Shown here piece by piece: positions 10,190 to 18,722 of a stretch of DNA of 64,000 bases (position 1 is its first letter; every line of letters begins with the position of its first letter). The DNA comes from Bacteroidota bacterium (GTDB lineage Bacteria > Bacteroidota > Bacteroidia > Bacteroidales > VadinHA17): NCBI GenBank assembly GCA_003250475.1, contig QKGI01000065.1:15240-79239 (forward strand), in the 5' to 3' direction. The notes under the pieces are model-generated. The model was given only the letters and a program-made list of their open reading frames with translations, was not told where the DNA came from and did no database searches. The position numbers and the translations under genes are program-made.

Positions 10190-11233
10190 ATGACAGGAAT
10201 GAAGAAAAAATCGGAGGTCACCATTTATGACATCTCAAAGGTGCTGAACATCTCGGCATCTACCGTCTCGCGTGGACTCAACAATAGTCCGCAGGTAAGA
10301 AAAGACCTCCGGCGCAAGATAATGCAGACAGCCCAGGAGATGGGTTATCAGCACAATAAGTTTGCATCAAATCTAAGGCAGAAGAGGACAAGAACGCTCG
10401 GGGTGGTGATCCCCCGGATAGACAGTCACTTCATGTCAAGTGTGATATCAGGCATGGAGAAGATAGCCAATAACTCGGGTTATCAGCTGCTTATAAGCCA
10501 GAGCGAAGAGTCAGCCACACTGGAGGAGGCAAATATCCAGGCGTTGTTCAACAGCCGTGTTGACGGTATGCTCGTATCACTCTCTTTTGAGACAAAGAAC
10601 AGTGACGCCTTTAAGAATATTTTCCGCAGGGATATCCCTCTCGTGTTTTTCGACAGGGTCTTCGAATGCAACAACTGCGTAAATGTGGTTATTGATAATT
10701 ACAGGGCAGGATACGATGTCACCAAACACCTCATTGACCAGGGGTGCAGGAAGATTGTACATGTGGGGGGGAGCCTGAACCGTAATGTTTATAATGACCG
10801 GTACCGAGGATACAGGCAGGCGCTGGCAGACAACTCGATCCCGTTTGATGACAGGATGCTGATCTTAACCGATCTGGGAGACAGCTCAGGCGTGGCTATT
10901 ATAAACCAACTGCTGGGCGACGGCTCTATGCCTGACGGCATCTTCACGGCAAATGACAATACAGCTGTATCGATCATTTGTGAGCTGAAGAAAAAAGGTT
11001 ACCGGGTGCCCGATGATGTTGCAGTGGCCGGATTCAATGACGACCCTGTATCGCGCATTGTGGAGCCCAACCTTACAACAGTACACTATCCGGGCAGAGC
11101 TATGGGAGAGGTAGCTGCCTCAACAATTATCAGGATACTTGACGGTACTCAGTACGAGAGAGTGAACTCGATAATACTGACCTATGAGCTGATCATACGT
11201 GAATCATCACTCAGGTCAGTCAATACTGCCTGA
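10190..11233 (+). CDS. LacI-family transcriptional regulator
   Basis: 347 aa. N-terminal HTH TIYDISKVLNISASTVSRGLNN followed by a periplasmic-binding-protein-like sugar-binding fold. An alternative start is at 10199. Confidence 0.9.
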   Translation: MTGMKKKSEVTIYDISKVLNISASTVSRGLNNSPQVRKDLRRKIMQTAQEMGYQHNKFASNLRQKRTRTLGVVIPRIDSHFMSSVISGMEKIANNSGYQLLISQSEESATLEEANIQALFNSRVDGMLVSLSFETKNSDAFKNIFRRDIPLVFFDRVFECNNCVNVVIDNYRAGYDVTKHLIDQGCRKIVHVGGSLNRNVYNDRYRGYRQALADNSIPFDDRMLILTDLGDSSGVAIINQLLGDGSMPDGIFTANDNTAVSIICELKKKGYRVPDDVAVAGFNDDPVSRIVEPNLTTVHYPGRAMGEVAASTIIRILDGTQYERVNSIILTYELIIRESSLRSVNTA

Positions 11234-11235
11234 GG

Positions 11236-13392
11236 ATGAAAGCAAGGATTGTCACATTCCTGCTGATTATACTGCTTTCTCCTGTTATTCCGGCAAAAGG
11301 AGATGACGGGTACAGGCTCTGGCTCAGGTATGGCCGGATCACTGACAGGGCATATCTCAGGGAGTGCAGTAAAAGACTGGGAAGTGTGATGGTCAATGGC
11401 GGGTCTCCTGTCCTGGAGGCTGCGTATGATGAGCTTGTTACCGGATTGGAGGGTATGACCGGCATGGAAATAGATATGGTGCATACCCCTGGTGGTAACT
11501 GGACCGTGGCTGCCGGCACCCTGCAGTCGACACCCCTTCTGGCATCGCTTCTTCCTGATATCAGCCCGGGCTCTCTCGGTGAGGAGGGCTATGTAATCAG
11601 AACGGTTAAATCGGGCAGGAGGAGCCTGACTCTGATTGCTTCGGAAGGGGACAGGGGTGTGCTCTATGGTGTCTTCCACCTGCTGAGGCTTGTCAGTATG
11701 CAGGACCCGCTCCATGATCTGTCAATCCTCGAAAAGCCGGCAGTGACTCTCCGGCTCCTGAACCACTGGGATAATCTTGACGGCAGTGTTGAGAGGGGCT
11801 ATTCCGGATGTTCACTCTGGAACTGGCATCTGCTTCCGCATTACATATCACCCCGGTACAGGGACTATGCAAGAGCCAATGCTTCCATAGGTATTAACGG
11901 TACGGTACTTACCAACGTGAATGCAAATGCCCTTGTGCTGACTCCCCGGTACCTGGCCGGGGTAGCTGCCATAGCCGATGTAATGAGACCATACGGCATT
12001 AAGGTATACCTCACTGCACGATTCAGCGCCCCTTCAGAGATAGGCGGGCTTGCCACCTCCGATCCTCTCGATGCTGAAGTGATCAACTGGTGGAGAGACA
12101 AGGTCACCGAGATATATACCTTCATTCCTGATTTCGGAGGATTTCTTGTCAAGGCCAACTCGGAAGGGCAGCCTGGCCCGCAGGACTACGGGCGCACTCA
12201 CGCTGACGGGGCGAATATGCTTGCAGACGCTCTGGCTCCATACGGAGGAGTGGTAATGTGGCGGGCGTTTGTTTATGATAACAATGTGCCCGTTGACAGG
12301 GCCATGCAGGCCTATAATGAATTCCTGCCCTCTGACGGTTCTTTCAGGGACAATGTCATGTTACAGGTAAAAAACGGACCTGTTGATTTCCAGCCGCGTG
12401 AACCTTTTCACCCGCTCTTCGGTGCCATGAAGGATACGCCGATGATGATGGAGTTCCAGATTACCAAGGAGTATCTTGGCTGTGCCACACACCTTGTTTT
12501 CCTGGCGCCTCTCTTTGAGGAGGTGCTCAGAAGCGACACCTATGCCAGGGGGCCCGGGTCAGAGGTTTTCAGGGTGATTGACGGATCATTGTACGGCAAC
12601 AGGCTGACAGGGATAGCCGGTGTGGCCAACACCGGGTCAGACCGTAACTGGACAGGTCACCTCTTCGGGCAGGCCAACTGGTATGCGTTCGGACGTATGG
12701 CATGGCAGCCGGAGCTCTCCTCAGGGCAGGTCGCCACCGAATGGATAAGGATGACTCTGACACATGACAAGGAAACAGAGATGGGTATTAAAAAGATGAT
12801 GCTCAGCTCACGGGAAGCTGCTGTTAATTACATGACACCGCTGGGATTGCACCACATAATGGCAGAGGGTCATCACTGGGGGCCTGGCCCATGGGTAGAC
12901 CAGGGACGTCCGGACTGGACCTCAGTCTATTATCACAGGGCTGACACTGCCGGGATAGGCTTTGACCGTACCCGCGAAGGCAGTACCGGCGTAAGTCAGT
13001 ACTTCCACCCGCTCGACGGGATACTTAATGATCCTCATACATGCCCGGAAAACCTGCTTTTGTGGTTTCATCACCTGCCGTGGGATTACATAATGAGATC
13101 AGGCAACACTCTGTGGGATGAGCTATGCCTTAAGTACCAGGAAGGAGCAGACAGCGTAGAAGAGTATGCCTCTTTCTGGGAGACATTGCAGGGGGAAATT
13201 GATGATGAACAGTATGAACATGTAAGGCAGATGCTGGTAATACAGCATAATGAGGCCATATGGTGGAAGGATGCCTGCCTGCTGTACTTTCAGACCTACT
13301 CGCACAGGCCATTCCCTGAAGGGGTGCATCCTCCTGAACATGACCTGGATTATTACAGGGGACTTAAATTCTATTATGTTCCGGGCATATAG
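11236..13392 (+). CDS. aguA: GH67 alpha-glucuronidase
   Basis: 718 aa with a signal peptide. GH67-type N-terminus DDGYRLWLRY, plus NHWDNLDGSVERGYSG and KANSEGQPGPQDYGRTHADGANMLA blocks. It starts 2 nt after the lacI stop. Confidence 0.85.
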   Translation: MKARIVTFLLIILLSPVIPAKGDDGYRLWLRYGRITDRAYLRECSKRLGSVMVNGGSPVLEAAYDELVTGLEGMTGMEIDMVHTPGGNWTVAAGTLQSTPLLASLLPDISPGSLGEEGYVIRTVKSGRRSLTLIASEGDRGVLYGVFHLLRLVSMQDPLHDLSILEKPAVTLRLLNHWDNLDGSVERGYSGCSLWNWHLLPHYISPRYRDYARANASIGINGTVLTNVNANALVLTPRYLAGVAAIADVMRPYGIKVYLTARFSAPSEIGGLATSDPLDAEVINWWRDKVTEIYTFIPDFGGFLVKANSEGQPGPQDYGRTHADGANMLADALAPYGGVVMWRAFVYDNNVPVDRAMQAYNEFLPSDGSFRDNVMLQVKNGPVDFQPREPFHPLFGAMKDTPMMMEFQITKEYLGCATHLVFLAPLFEEVLRSDTYARGPGSEVFRVIDGSLYGNRLTGIAGVANTGSDRNWTGHLFGQANWYAFGRMAWQPELSSGQVATEWIRMTLTHDKETEMGIKKMMLSSREAAVNYMTPLGLHHIMAEGHHWGPGPWVDQGRPDWTSVYYHRADTAGIGFDRTREGSTGVSQYFHPLDGILNDPHTCPENLLLWFHHLPWDYIMRSGNTLWDELCLKYQEGADSVEEYASFWETLQGEIDDEQYEHVRQMLVIQHNEAIWWKDACLLYFQTYSHRPFPEGVHPPEHDLDYYRGLKFYYVPGI

Positions 13393-13421
13393 ATACATGA
13401 TCAAAACTCAACCTAGACCTT

Positions 13422-14459
13422 ATGAATGACAGACACTGGGAGGACCTATTAAAGGTCATAAAAGGCGAGAAGACGAAGGAGCAGCCCGTGGGTTTTATTA
13501 TTGACAGTCCATGGCTGCCGGGGTGGCATGGATCAACAATACTTGAATATTATACTGATCCGGTGACCTGGTTTGAAGCCAATGCCGGTGCCCAGGAAGC
13601 TTTTCCCGATGTGATGTTCCTGCCCGGTTACTGGGCAGAATACGGGATGTGCACTGAACCGTCAGCCTTTGGGACAAAACTGGTATGGGCAGAAAATGAC
13701 TTTCCCCATCCGGTAAAACTCCGGTGCACAACTGAGGCTGTCTCTTCACTGGAAAAGCCTGATGTAAAGACTGACGGACTCCTGCCTTTTGTCATCAGCA
13801 GGATGGAAAAATATGAGGAGAGACTGAAAAGGAACGGATGTAACTACCGGTTCGCTTCCAGCCGCGGCCCTCTGAACATAGCCTCCTTCCTCTTTGGCAC
13901 AACAGACTTCATGATGGCACTGGCCATAGCGCCTGATGAGGCCGCGAAGGCTCTCAGTGTGATTACGGATTTTGTCATAGACTGGCTTACTCTCCAGTAT
14001 GAAAAATTCCCGGAAATAAGAGGAGTATTCCTGCTCGATGATATTGTAGGCTTCCTTGGACAGCCTGACTTTGAGACCTTCGTGTTACCTCATTTAAAGA
14101 GAATATACAGCACCTTTGATCCTGAGGTCAGTTTTTTCCATAATGATGCTTCGGGACTGATAACAGCAAGTTACCTTGAAGAGATAGGTATCAATCTGTT
14201 CAATTTCAGTTTTAATCACTCCTTCGAAGAGATAAGAAAAATTGCAGGAGAGAGGGTCACCCTTGTTGGAAACCTGCCGCCGAGGGATGTTCTTGCACTG
14301 GGAACACCGGCCGCCGTGGAGGCGGGCGTAATAGCCATGATGCGCACGGTTAAAGACAACAAAAGGATAATATGGTCATGCGGCGGTGGTATGCCACCTG
14401 ATGCTTCTACGGAAAATATACGTACATTTATCTCGACAGTGAGAAGTTTCTATAAATAA
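13422..14459 (+). CDS. Uroporphyrinogen-decarboxylase (URO-D) superfamily protein; HemE versus MtaA/CmuA-like methyltransferase not resolved
   Basis: 345 aa, cytoplasmic. Overall URO-D/MtaA-like pattern (..RGPLNIASFLFG.., ..FFHNDASG.., ..IWSCGGGMPPD..). The His-x-Cys zinc motif of MtaA-type enzymes reads His-Asn-Asp here. Confidence 0.55.
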   Translation: MNDRHWEDLLKVIKGEKTKEQPVGFIIDSPWLPGWHGSTILEYYTDPVTWFEANAGAQEAFPDVMFLPGYWAEYGMCTEPSAFGTKLVWAENDFPHPVKLRCTTEAVSSLEKPDVKTDGLLPFVISRMEKYEERLKRNGCNYRFASSRGPLNIASFLFGTTDFMMALAIAPDEAAKALSVITDFVIDWLTLQYEKFPEIRGVFLLDDIVGFLGQPDFETFVLPHLKRIYSTFDPEVSFFHNDASGLITASYLEEIGINLFNFSFNHSFEEIRKIAGERVTLVGNLPPRDVLALGTPAAVEAGVIAMMRTVKDNKRIIWSCGGGMPPDASTENIRTFISTVRSFYK

Positions 14460-14467
14460 AAAAACGT

Positions 14468-15961
14468 ATGTTATTACTTGGTATTGACCTTGGCAGCTCA
14501 TCAGTGAAAGTCTCTGTCGTTGACGGAGAAACCGGCAGAACCATTTCCTTATCTTCATATCCGCCTTCCGAGATGGAGATTTCGGCGCCCATGCCCGGAT
14601 GGGCTGAGCAGGATCCGGAAGTGTGGTGGAAGAACTTCTCCCTGGCTCTCGGGGCCTGCCTGGAGCCTGTCGGGTCAAAGAGAAAGGATATAGGTGCCAT
14701 AGGCATATCCTACCAGATGCATGGTCTGGTCATGGTTGATAAGGAGCATGAGGTATTGCGTCCCTCGATAATCTGGTGCGACAGCAGGGCTGTAGAAACA
14801 GGACAGAGAGCCTTTGAGAAGATGGGAAAGGACTTTTGCCTTCATCACCTTCTTAATTCACCGGGAAACTTCACTGCATCAAAACTGGCATGGGTAAAAG
14901 AGAATGAGCCGGCCATATATGAGAGAATCTATAAGATAATGCTTCCGGGCGATTACCTGGCGATGAGGCTCACTGATGAGATAAGGACAACATACACGGG
15001 ATTATCTGAAGGGATTTTCTGGGACTTTATGAGGGGTGAAATATCGGAAGAGCTACTCGATTACTACGGTATTGACCCGGAGCTGCTTGCTGAACCGGTG
15101 AAGTCATTTGCCCTGCAGGGCAGGCTTACTGATAAAATGGCGGAAGAGCTGGGGCTTACGGCAGGAATCCCTGTCTCATACAGGGCAGGTGACCAGCCCA
15201 ACAATGCATTGTCACTCAATGTTCTGCAGCCGGGTGAGGTAGCTACCACAGCAGGCACCTCAGGGGTTATCTACGGTGTCACCGACAAGACACAGTTCGA
15301 TCCGATGTCACGTATTAACACCTTCCTTCATGTAAATCATACCGAGCGCATAACACGCCTGGGAGTACTGTTGTGTATCAATGGCACCGGTATCCTCAAT
15401 TCGTGGCTCAATAAAAATACCGGCGGAGGGCTGACATACAGCCGCATGAACGAGATGGCTGCCGGTGTTGAGCCGGGCAGTGACGGTCTCTTTATCCTTC
15501 CGTTCGGCAACGGTGCAGAAAGGATGTTTCAGAACAACAACATAGGTGCCTCTGTGCACCGGCTGAACTTCAATATTCACCGGCAGGCACATCTCTACCG
15601 GGCCGCCCAGGAGGCCATCGCTTACTCTTTCCGCTTTGGCCTTGAGATAATGAAGGAGACAGGTATAAACCCGACAGTTATCAGAGCCGGTGAGTCAAAC
15701 ATGTTCCTAAGCAAGGTATTCAGGGATATACTTTCAAGCCTTACCTCTACGGTGATAACACTGTACAATACAGACGGCTCCGTCGGCGCAGCACGCGGTG
15801 CCGGGATAGGCTGCGGATATTACAGGTCGGAGCAGGAAGCATTCAGGGGACTGGAGGTCACCGGGTCAAGTGAACCTGACAACGAGCTGTCAATGATATA
15901 CGATGCCAGGTACATGGAATGGCTTGAGCTTCTTGATGATCAGTTATATGAACAGAAATAA
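14468..15961 (+). CDS. xylB: Xylulokinase (FGGY family)
   Basis: 497 aa. [13 protein letters not shown]-terminal ATPase motif and GDQPNNALS. Immediately upstream of xylA. Confidence 0.9.
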   Translation: MLLLGIDLGSSSVKVSVVDGETGRTISLSSYPPSEMEISAPMPGWAEQDPEVWWKNFSLALGACLEPVGSKRKDIGAIGISYQMHGLVMVDKEHEVLRPSIIWCDSRAVETGQRAFEKMGKDFCLHHLLNSPGNFTASKLAWVKENEPAIYERIYKIMLPGDYLAMRLTDEIRTTYTGLSEGIFWDFMRGEISEELLDYYGIDPELLAEPVKSFALQGRLTDKMAEELGLTAGIPVSYRAGDQPNNALSLNVLQPGEVATTAGTSGVIYGVTDKTQFDPMSRINTFLHVNHTERITRLGVLLCINGTGILNSWLNKNTGGGLTYSRMNEMAAGVEPGSDGLFILPFGNGAERMFQNNNIGASVHRLNFNIHRQAHLYRAAQEAIAYSFRFGLEIMKETGINPTVIRAGESNMFLSKVFRDILSSLTSTVITLYNTDGSVGAARGAGIGCGYYRSEQEAFRGLEVTGSSEPDNELSMIYDARYMEWLELLDDQLYEQK

Positions 15962-15965
15962 TACT

Positions 15966-17288
15966 ATGGTAAAAAAGAGCAAAAGTGAGATCTTCCCAGG
16001 TATTGGTAAGATACAGTATGAAGGACGGGATTCAAAGAATCCACTTGCTTTCAAATGGTATGACCCTGAGGCCAGGGTAGGGGGCAGAAAGATGAAGGAT
16101 ATCCTCCGGTTTGCAATAGCCTACTGGCATTCATTCTGCGGTGACGGTACCGATACCTTTGGAGCAAAGACCAGAGATTTTCCTTACGACGGTATGGAAG
16201 GTGATGACCGTATAAGAGTGAAGCTGGATATGGCCTTTGAATTCATTGAGAAGATCGGTGCTCCGTTTTACTGCTTCCACGACACCGATCTCGTGGGTGA
16301 CGGTCCGGTATTTGAAATAGAGAAACGTCTTGAGAAATGGGTGCCTGTTATCAAAGCCAGACAGAAAGAAACCGGGATTAAGCTCCTGTGGGGTACTGCT
16401 AACCTGTTCGGCAATCCCCGTTATATGAACGGTGCAGCCACTAACCCTGATTTTAACGTTGTTACCAATGCTGCCGTTCAGCTGAAGAATGCCATTGATG
16501 CAACCATTGCTCTCGGCGGACAGGGATATGTGTTCTGGGGAGGACGTGAGGGTTATCTGTCGCTCCATAATACGGATATGAAGCGTGAGCTTGAACACCT
16601 GGCTATGATGCTTACCCTGGCCCGTGACTACGGACGGAAGAATGGTTTTAAGGGCGTCTTCTATATTGAGCCTAAGCCGATGGAACCCACGAAGCATCAG
16701 TATGACTATGATGCTGCTACGGTGATAGGCTTCCTGCGTCACTACGGTCTTGATCAGGACTTCAAGCTGAATGTCGAGGTCAATCATGCCACGCTTGCCG
16801 GTCACTCTTTCCAGCATGATCTGCAGACTGCTGCCGATGCAGGTATGCTGGGCAGTATAGATGCCAACAGGGGTGACTATCAGAATGGGTGGGATACGGA
16901 TGAGTTTCCCACAAATATCAACGAGATTACCGAAGCCATGCTGGTAATCCAGATGGCCGGAGGTTTTAAAACGGGAGGCGTAAACTTTGACGCTCATGTC
17001 AGGCGTAACTCCACCGACCCTGAAGATCTCTTCATAGCTCATATTAACGGTATGGACACATTCGCCAGGGGACTGATTATTGCAGACCGTATCCTCAGGG
17101 AGTCAGACTATCTCAGGTTGCGTAAGGCAAGATATGCCTCCTTTGACAAGGGTAACGGAGCTTTATATGAGAAGGGCAAGCTTACCCTTGAAGAGCTGCG
17201 TATGCTGGCCATGAAGGATGGCGAGCCGAAAAAGATCAGCGGCAGGCAGGAGCTTTATGAGCAACTCATAAATATGTATATCATCTGA
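15966..17288 (+). CDS. xylA: Xylose isomerase
   Basis: ORF 15903..17288. The true start is the ATG at 15966 ([20 protein letters not shown]), 4 nt after the xylB stop. [15 protein letters not shown] and [13 protein letters not shown] blocks. Confidence 0.95.
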   Translation: MVKKSKSEIFPGIGKIQYEGRDSKNPLAFKWYDPEARVGGRKMKDILRFAIAYWHSFCGDGTDTFGAKTRDFPYDGMEGDDRIRVKLDMAFEFIEKIGAPFYCFHDTDLVGDGPVFEIEKRLEKWVPVIKARQKETGIKLLWGTANLFGNPRYMNGAATNPDFNVVTNAAVQLKNAIDATIALGGQGYVFWGGREGYLSLHNTDMKRELEHLAMMLTLARDYGRKNGFKGVFYIEPKPMEPTKHQYDYDAATVIGFLRHYGLDQDFKLNVEVNHATLAGHSFQHDLQTAADAGMLGSIDANRGDYQNGWDTDEFPTNINEITEAMLVIQMAGGFKTGGVNFDAHVRRNSTDPEDLFIAHINGMDTFARGLIIADRILRESDYLRLRKARYASFDKGNGALYEKGKLTLEELRMLAMKDGEPKKISGRQELYEQLINMYII

Positions 17289-17294
17289 TCTTTC

Positions 17295-18722
17295 ATGGCT
17301 CTCTTCACCCCCCTGCGCCGCTGGCAGCCTGCCTTTCATCCGTTCGTAAGGTTATCAGCCGGCAGCAGGCTGCTTACGCTGGTTGAGCGGGTAATCAAGG
17401 GGCCGCTGTTCGGGTGCAGGATGTGTGGAAACTGCCTCCTGCAGGAGACTGCCTTCATATGTCATATGGAGTGCCCGAAAGGGATCAGGAACGGTCCGTG
17501 TGGTGGAGTACATGACGGCTACTGCTATGTGGATCCGAAAAGAAGATGTGCATGGCATCTTATAAATGAGCGGGCACGCAGGTTACACAGGGAACATAAG
17601 CTCCTGGAGGTGCTGCCGCCGGTGGACTGGGACAGGGCCGGGACAGAGACATGGGGGGAGGTCGTAAAAAAAGTCAGGGAGACAGGGCTTCGTAATATCA
17701 TGATGCCTTCAGCCAGAAAGGGAAAGAGTGCAGGAGATGTGCTTGAGGAGGAGGTGTTCAGACCTATCCGGCAGCCATTGTGGTGGAGCGGAGATTCGGA
17801 GTATCATGCACCGGCAGTGGCTGAGCCTCAGTCCCATCTTGAGAGGGAGCTGGGCAGCGGCAGGTTCGTCATCACGGTTGAGGTGACACCCCCGGTGAGC
17901 GCTGCCACTGGCAAACTTGAAGAGAAGATAAAGCTGTTGAAACCCTTTGTCTCAGGCATTAATTTTACCGATGGTTCCTCGGCGGTACCCAGGATGTCAA
18001 GCGCAGCCTGTTCGGCCGTTGCGGCGTCACTGGGGGCAGACCCGGTAATGCAGGTATCAGCCCGTGACAACAACCGCAATAGCCTGCAATCGCAGGCCGT
18101 AGGTGCCAATGCTATAGGAGTATATAACATACTCTGCCTCTCGGGCGACAGCCCGCGGGTAGGACCGAAGCCTCACAGCAGCATGAATATCCTGGATGTG
18201 GATTCTGTGCAGATGCTGTGGATCCTCCGTAGGATGAGGGATGAGGGCATTTATCTCGATGGCCGTGAGTTGAAAAACAGACCGCACCTGTTCCTTGGAG
18301 CTGCCACGGCACCCTTCGCCCAGGAGCCGTATATGCAGGCTTTGCGCATCAGGAAAAAGATCAACGCAGGAGCCCAGTTCATCCAGACAAACCTTGTCTT
18401 CGATCCTGACAGCCTCGACCCCTGGCTTGAACAGCTGGATAAAGAGGGGCTGCTTGATAAAGTGTTTATCCTGGCCGGGATCACTCCGCTGAGGTCAATG
18501 CGTCTTGCTCATTATCTTAATGATCATATTCCCGGGGTGACCATCCCCGAAGAGATAATGAAGAGGCTGTCACGTGCCGGCGATGGCTTTGCGGAAGAGA
18601 GCATTGCCCTTACTGTTGAGAATTTAAGAAGACTCAGAAAGAAACAGGGAATCAGCGGAGTTCATATAATGCCACTTGGCTGGGAGACAGTAGTACCATT
18701 GATTATTGAAAAGTCAGAATGA
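17295..18722 (+). CDS. MetV-MetF fusion: Cys-rich MTHFR_C-type domain fused to a methylenetetrahydrofolate reductase (MetF) barrel
   Basis: 475 aa. The N-terminal ~100 aa are CRMCGNCLLQETAFICHMECPKGIRNGPCGG..GYCYV..RRCAW. The C-terminal ~290 aa are MetF-like (FVITVEVTPP.., INFTDGSSA.., ILCLSGDSP.., AGAQFIQTNLVFD). Confidence 0.65.
   Translation: MALFTPLRRWQPAFHPFVRLSAGSRLLTLVERVIKGPLFGCRMCGNCLLQETAFICHMECPKGIRNGPCGGVHDGYCYVDPKRRCAWHLINERARRLHREHKLLEVLPPVDWDRAGTETWGEVVKKVRETGLRNIMMPSARKGKSAGDVLEEEVFRPIRQPLWWSGDSEYHAPAVAEPQSHLERELGSGRFVITVEVTPPVSAATGKLEEKIKLLKPFVSGINFTDGSSAVPRMSSAACSAVAASLGADPVMQVSARDNNRNSLQSQAVGANAIGVYNILCLSGDSPRVGPKPHSSMNILDVDSVQMLWILRRMRDEGIYLDGRELKNRPHLFLGAATAPFAQEPYMQALRIRKKINAGAQFIQTNLVFDPDSLDPWLEQLDKEGLLDKVFILAGITPLRSMRLAHYLNDHIPGVTIPEEIMKRLSRAGDGFAEESIALTVENLRRLRKKQGISGVHIMPLGWETVVPLIIEKSE

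Noticed and set aside
11182-11715. 177-aa minus-strand ORF over the lacI/GH67 junction
   Set aside because: Antisense to two confident genes, with no motifs.
15903-15965. N-terminal extension of xylA overlapping the xylB 3' end
   Set aside because: The ATG at 15966 follows the xylB stop by 4 nt and gives the canonical xylose-isomerase N-terminus.
16131-17042. 303-aa ORF on the minus strand
   Set aside because: It lies entirely antisense within xylA, whose identity is unambiguous. It has no recognisable motifs and looks like a shadow ORF.
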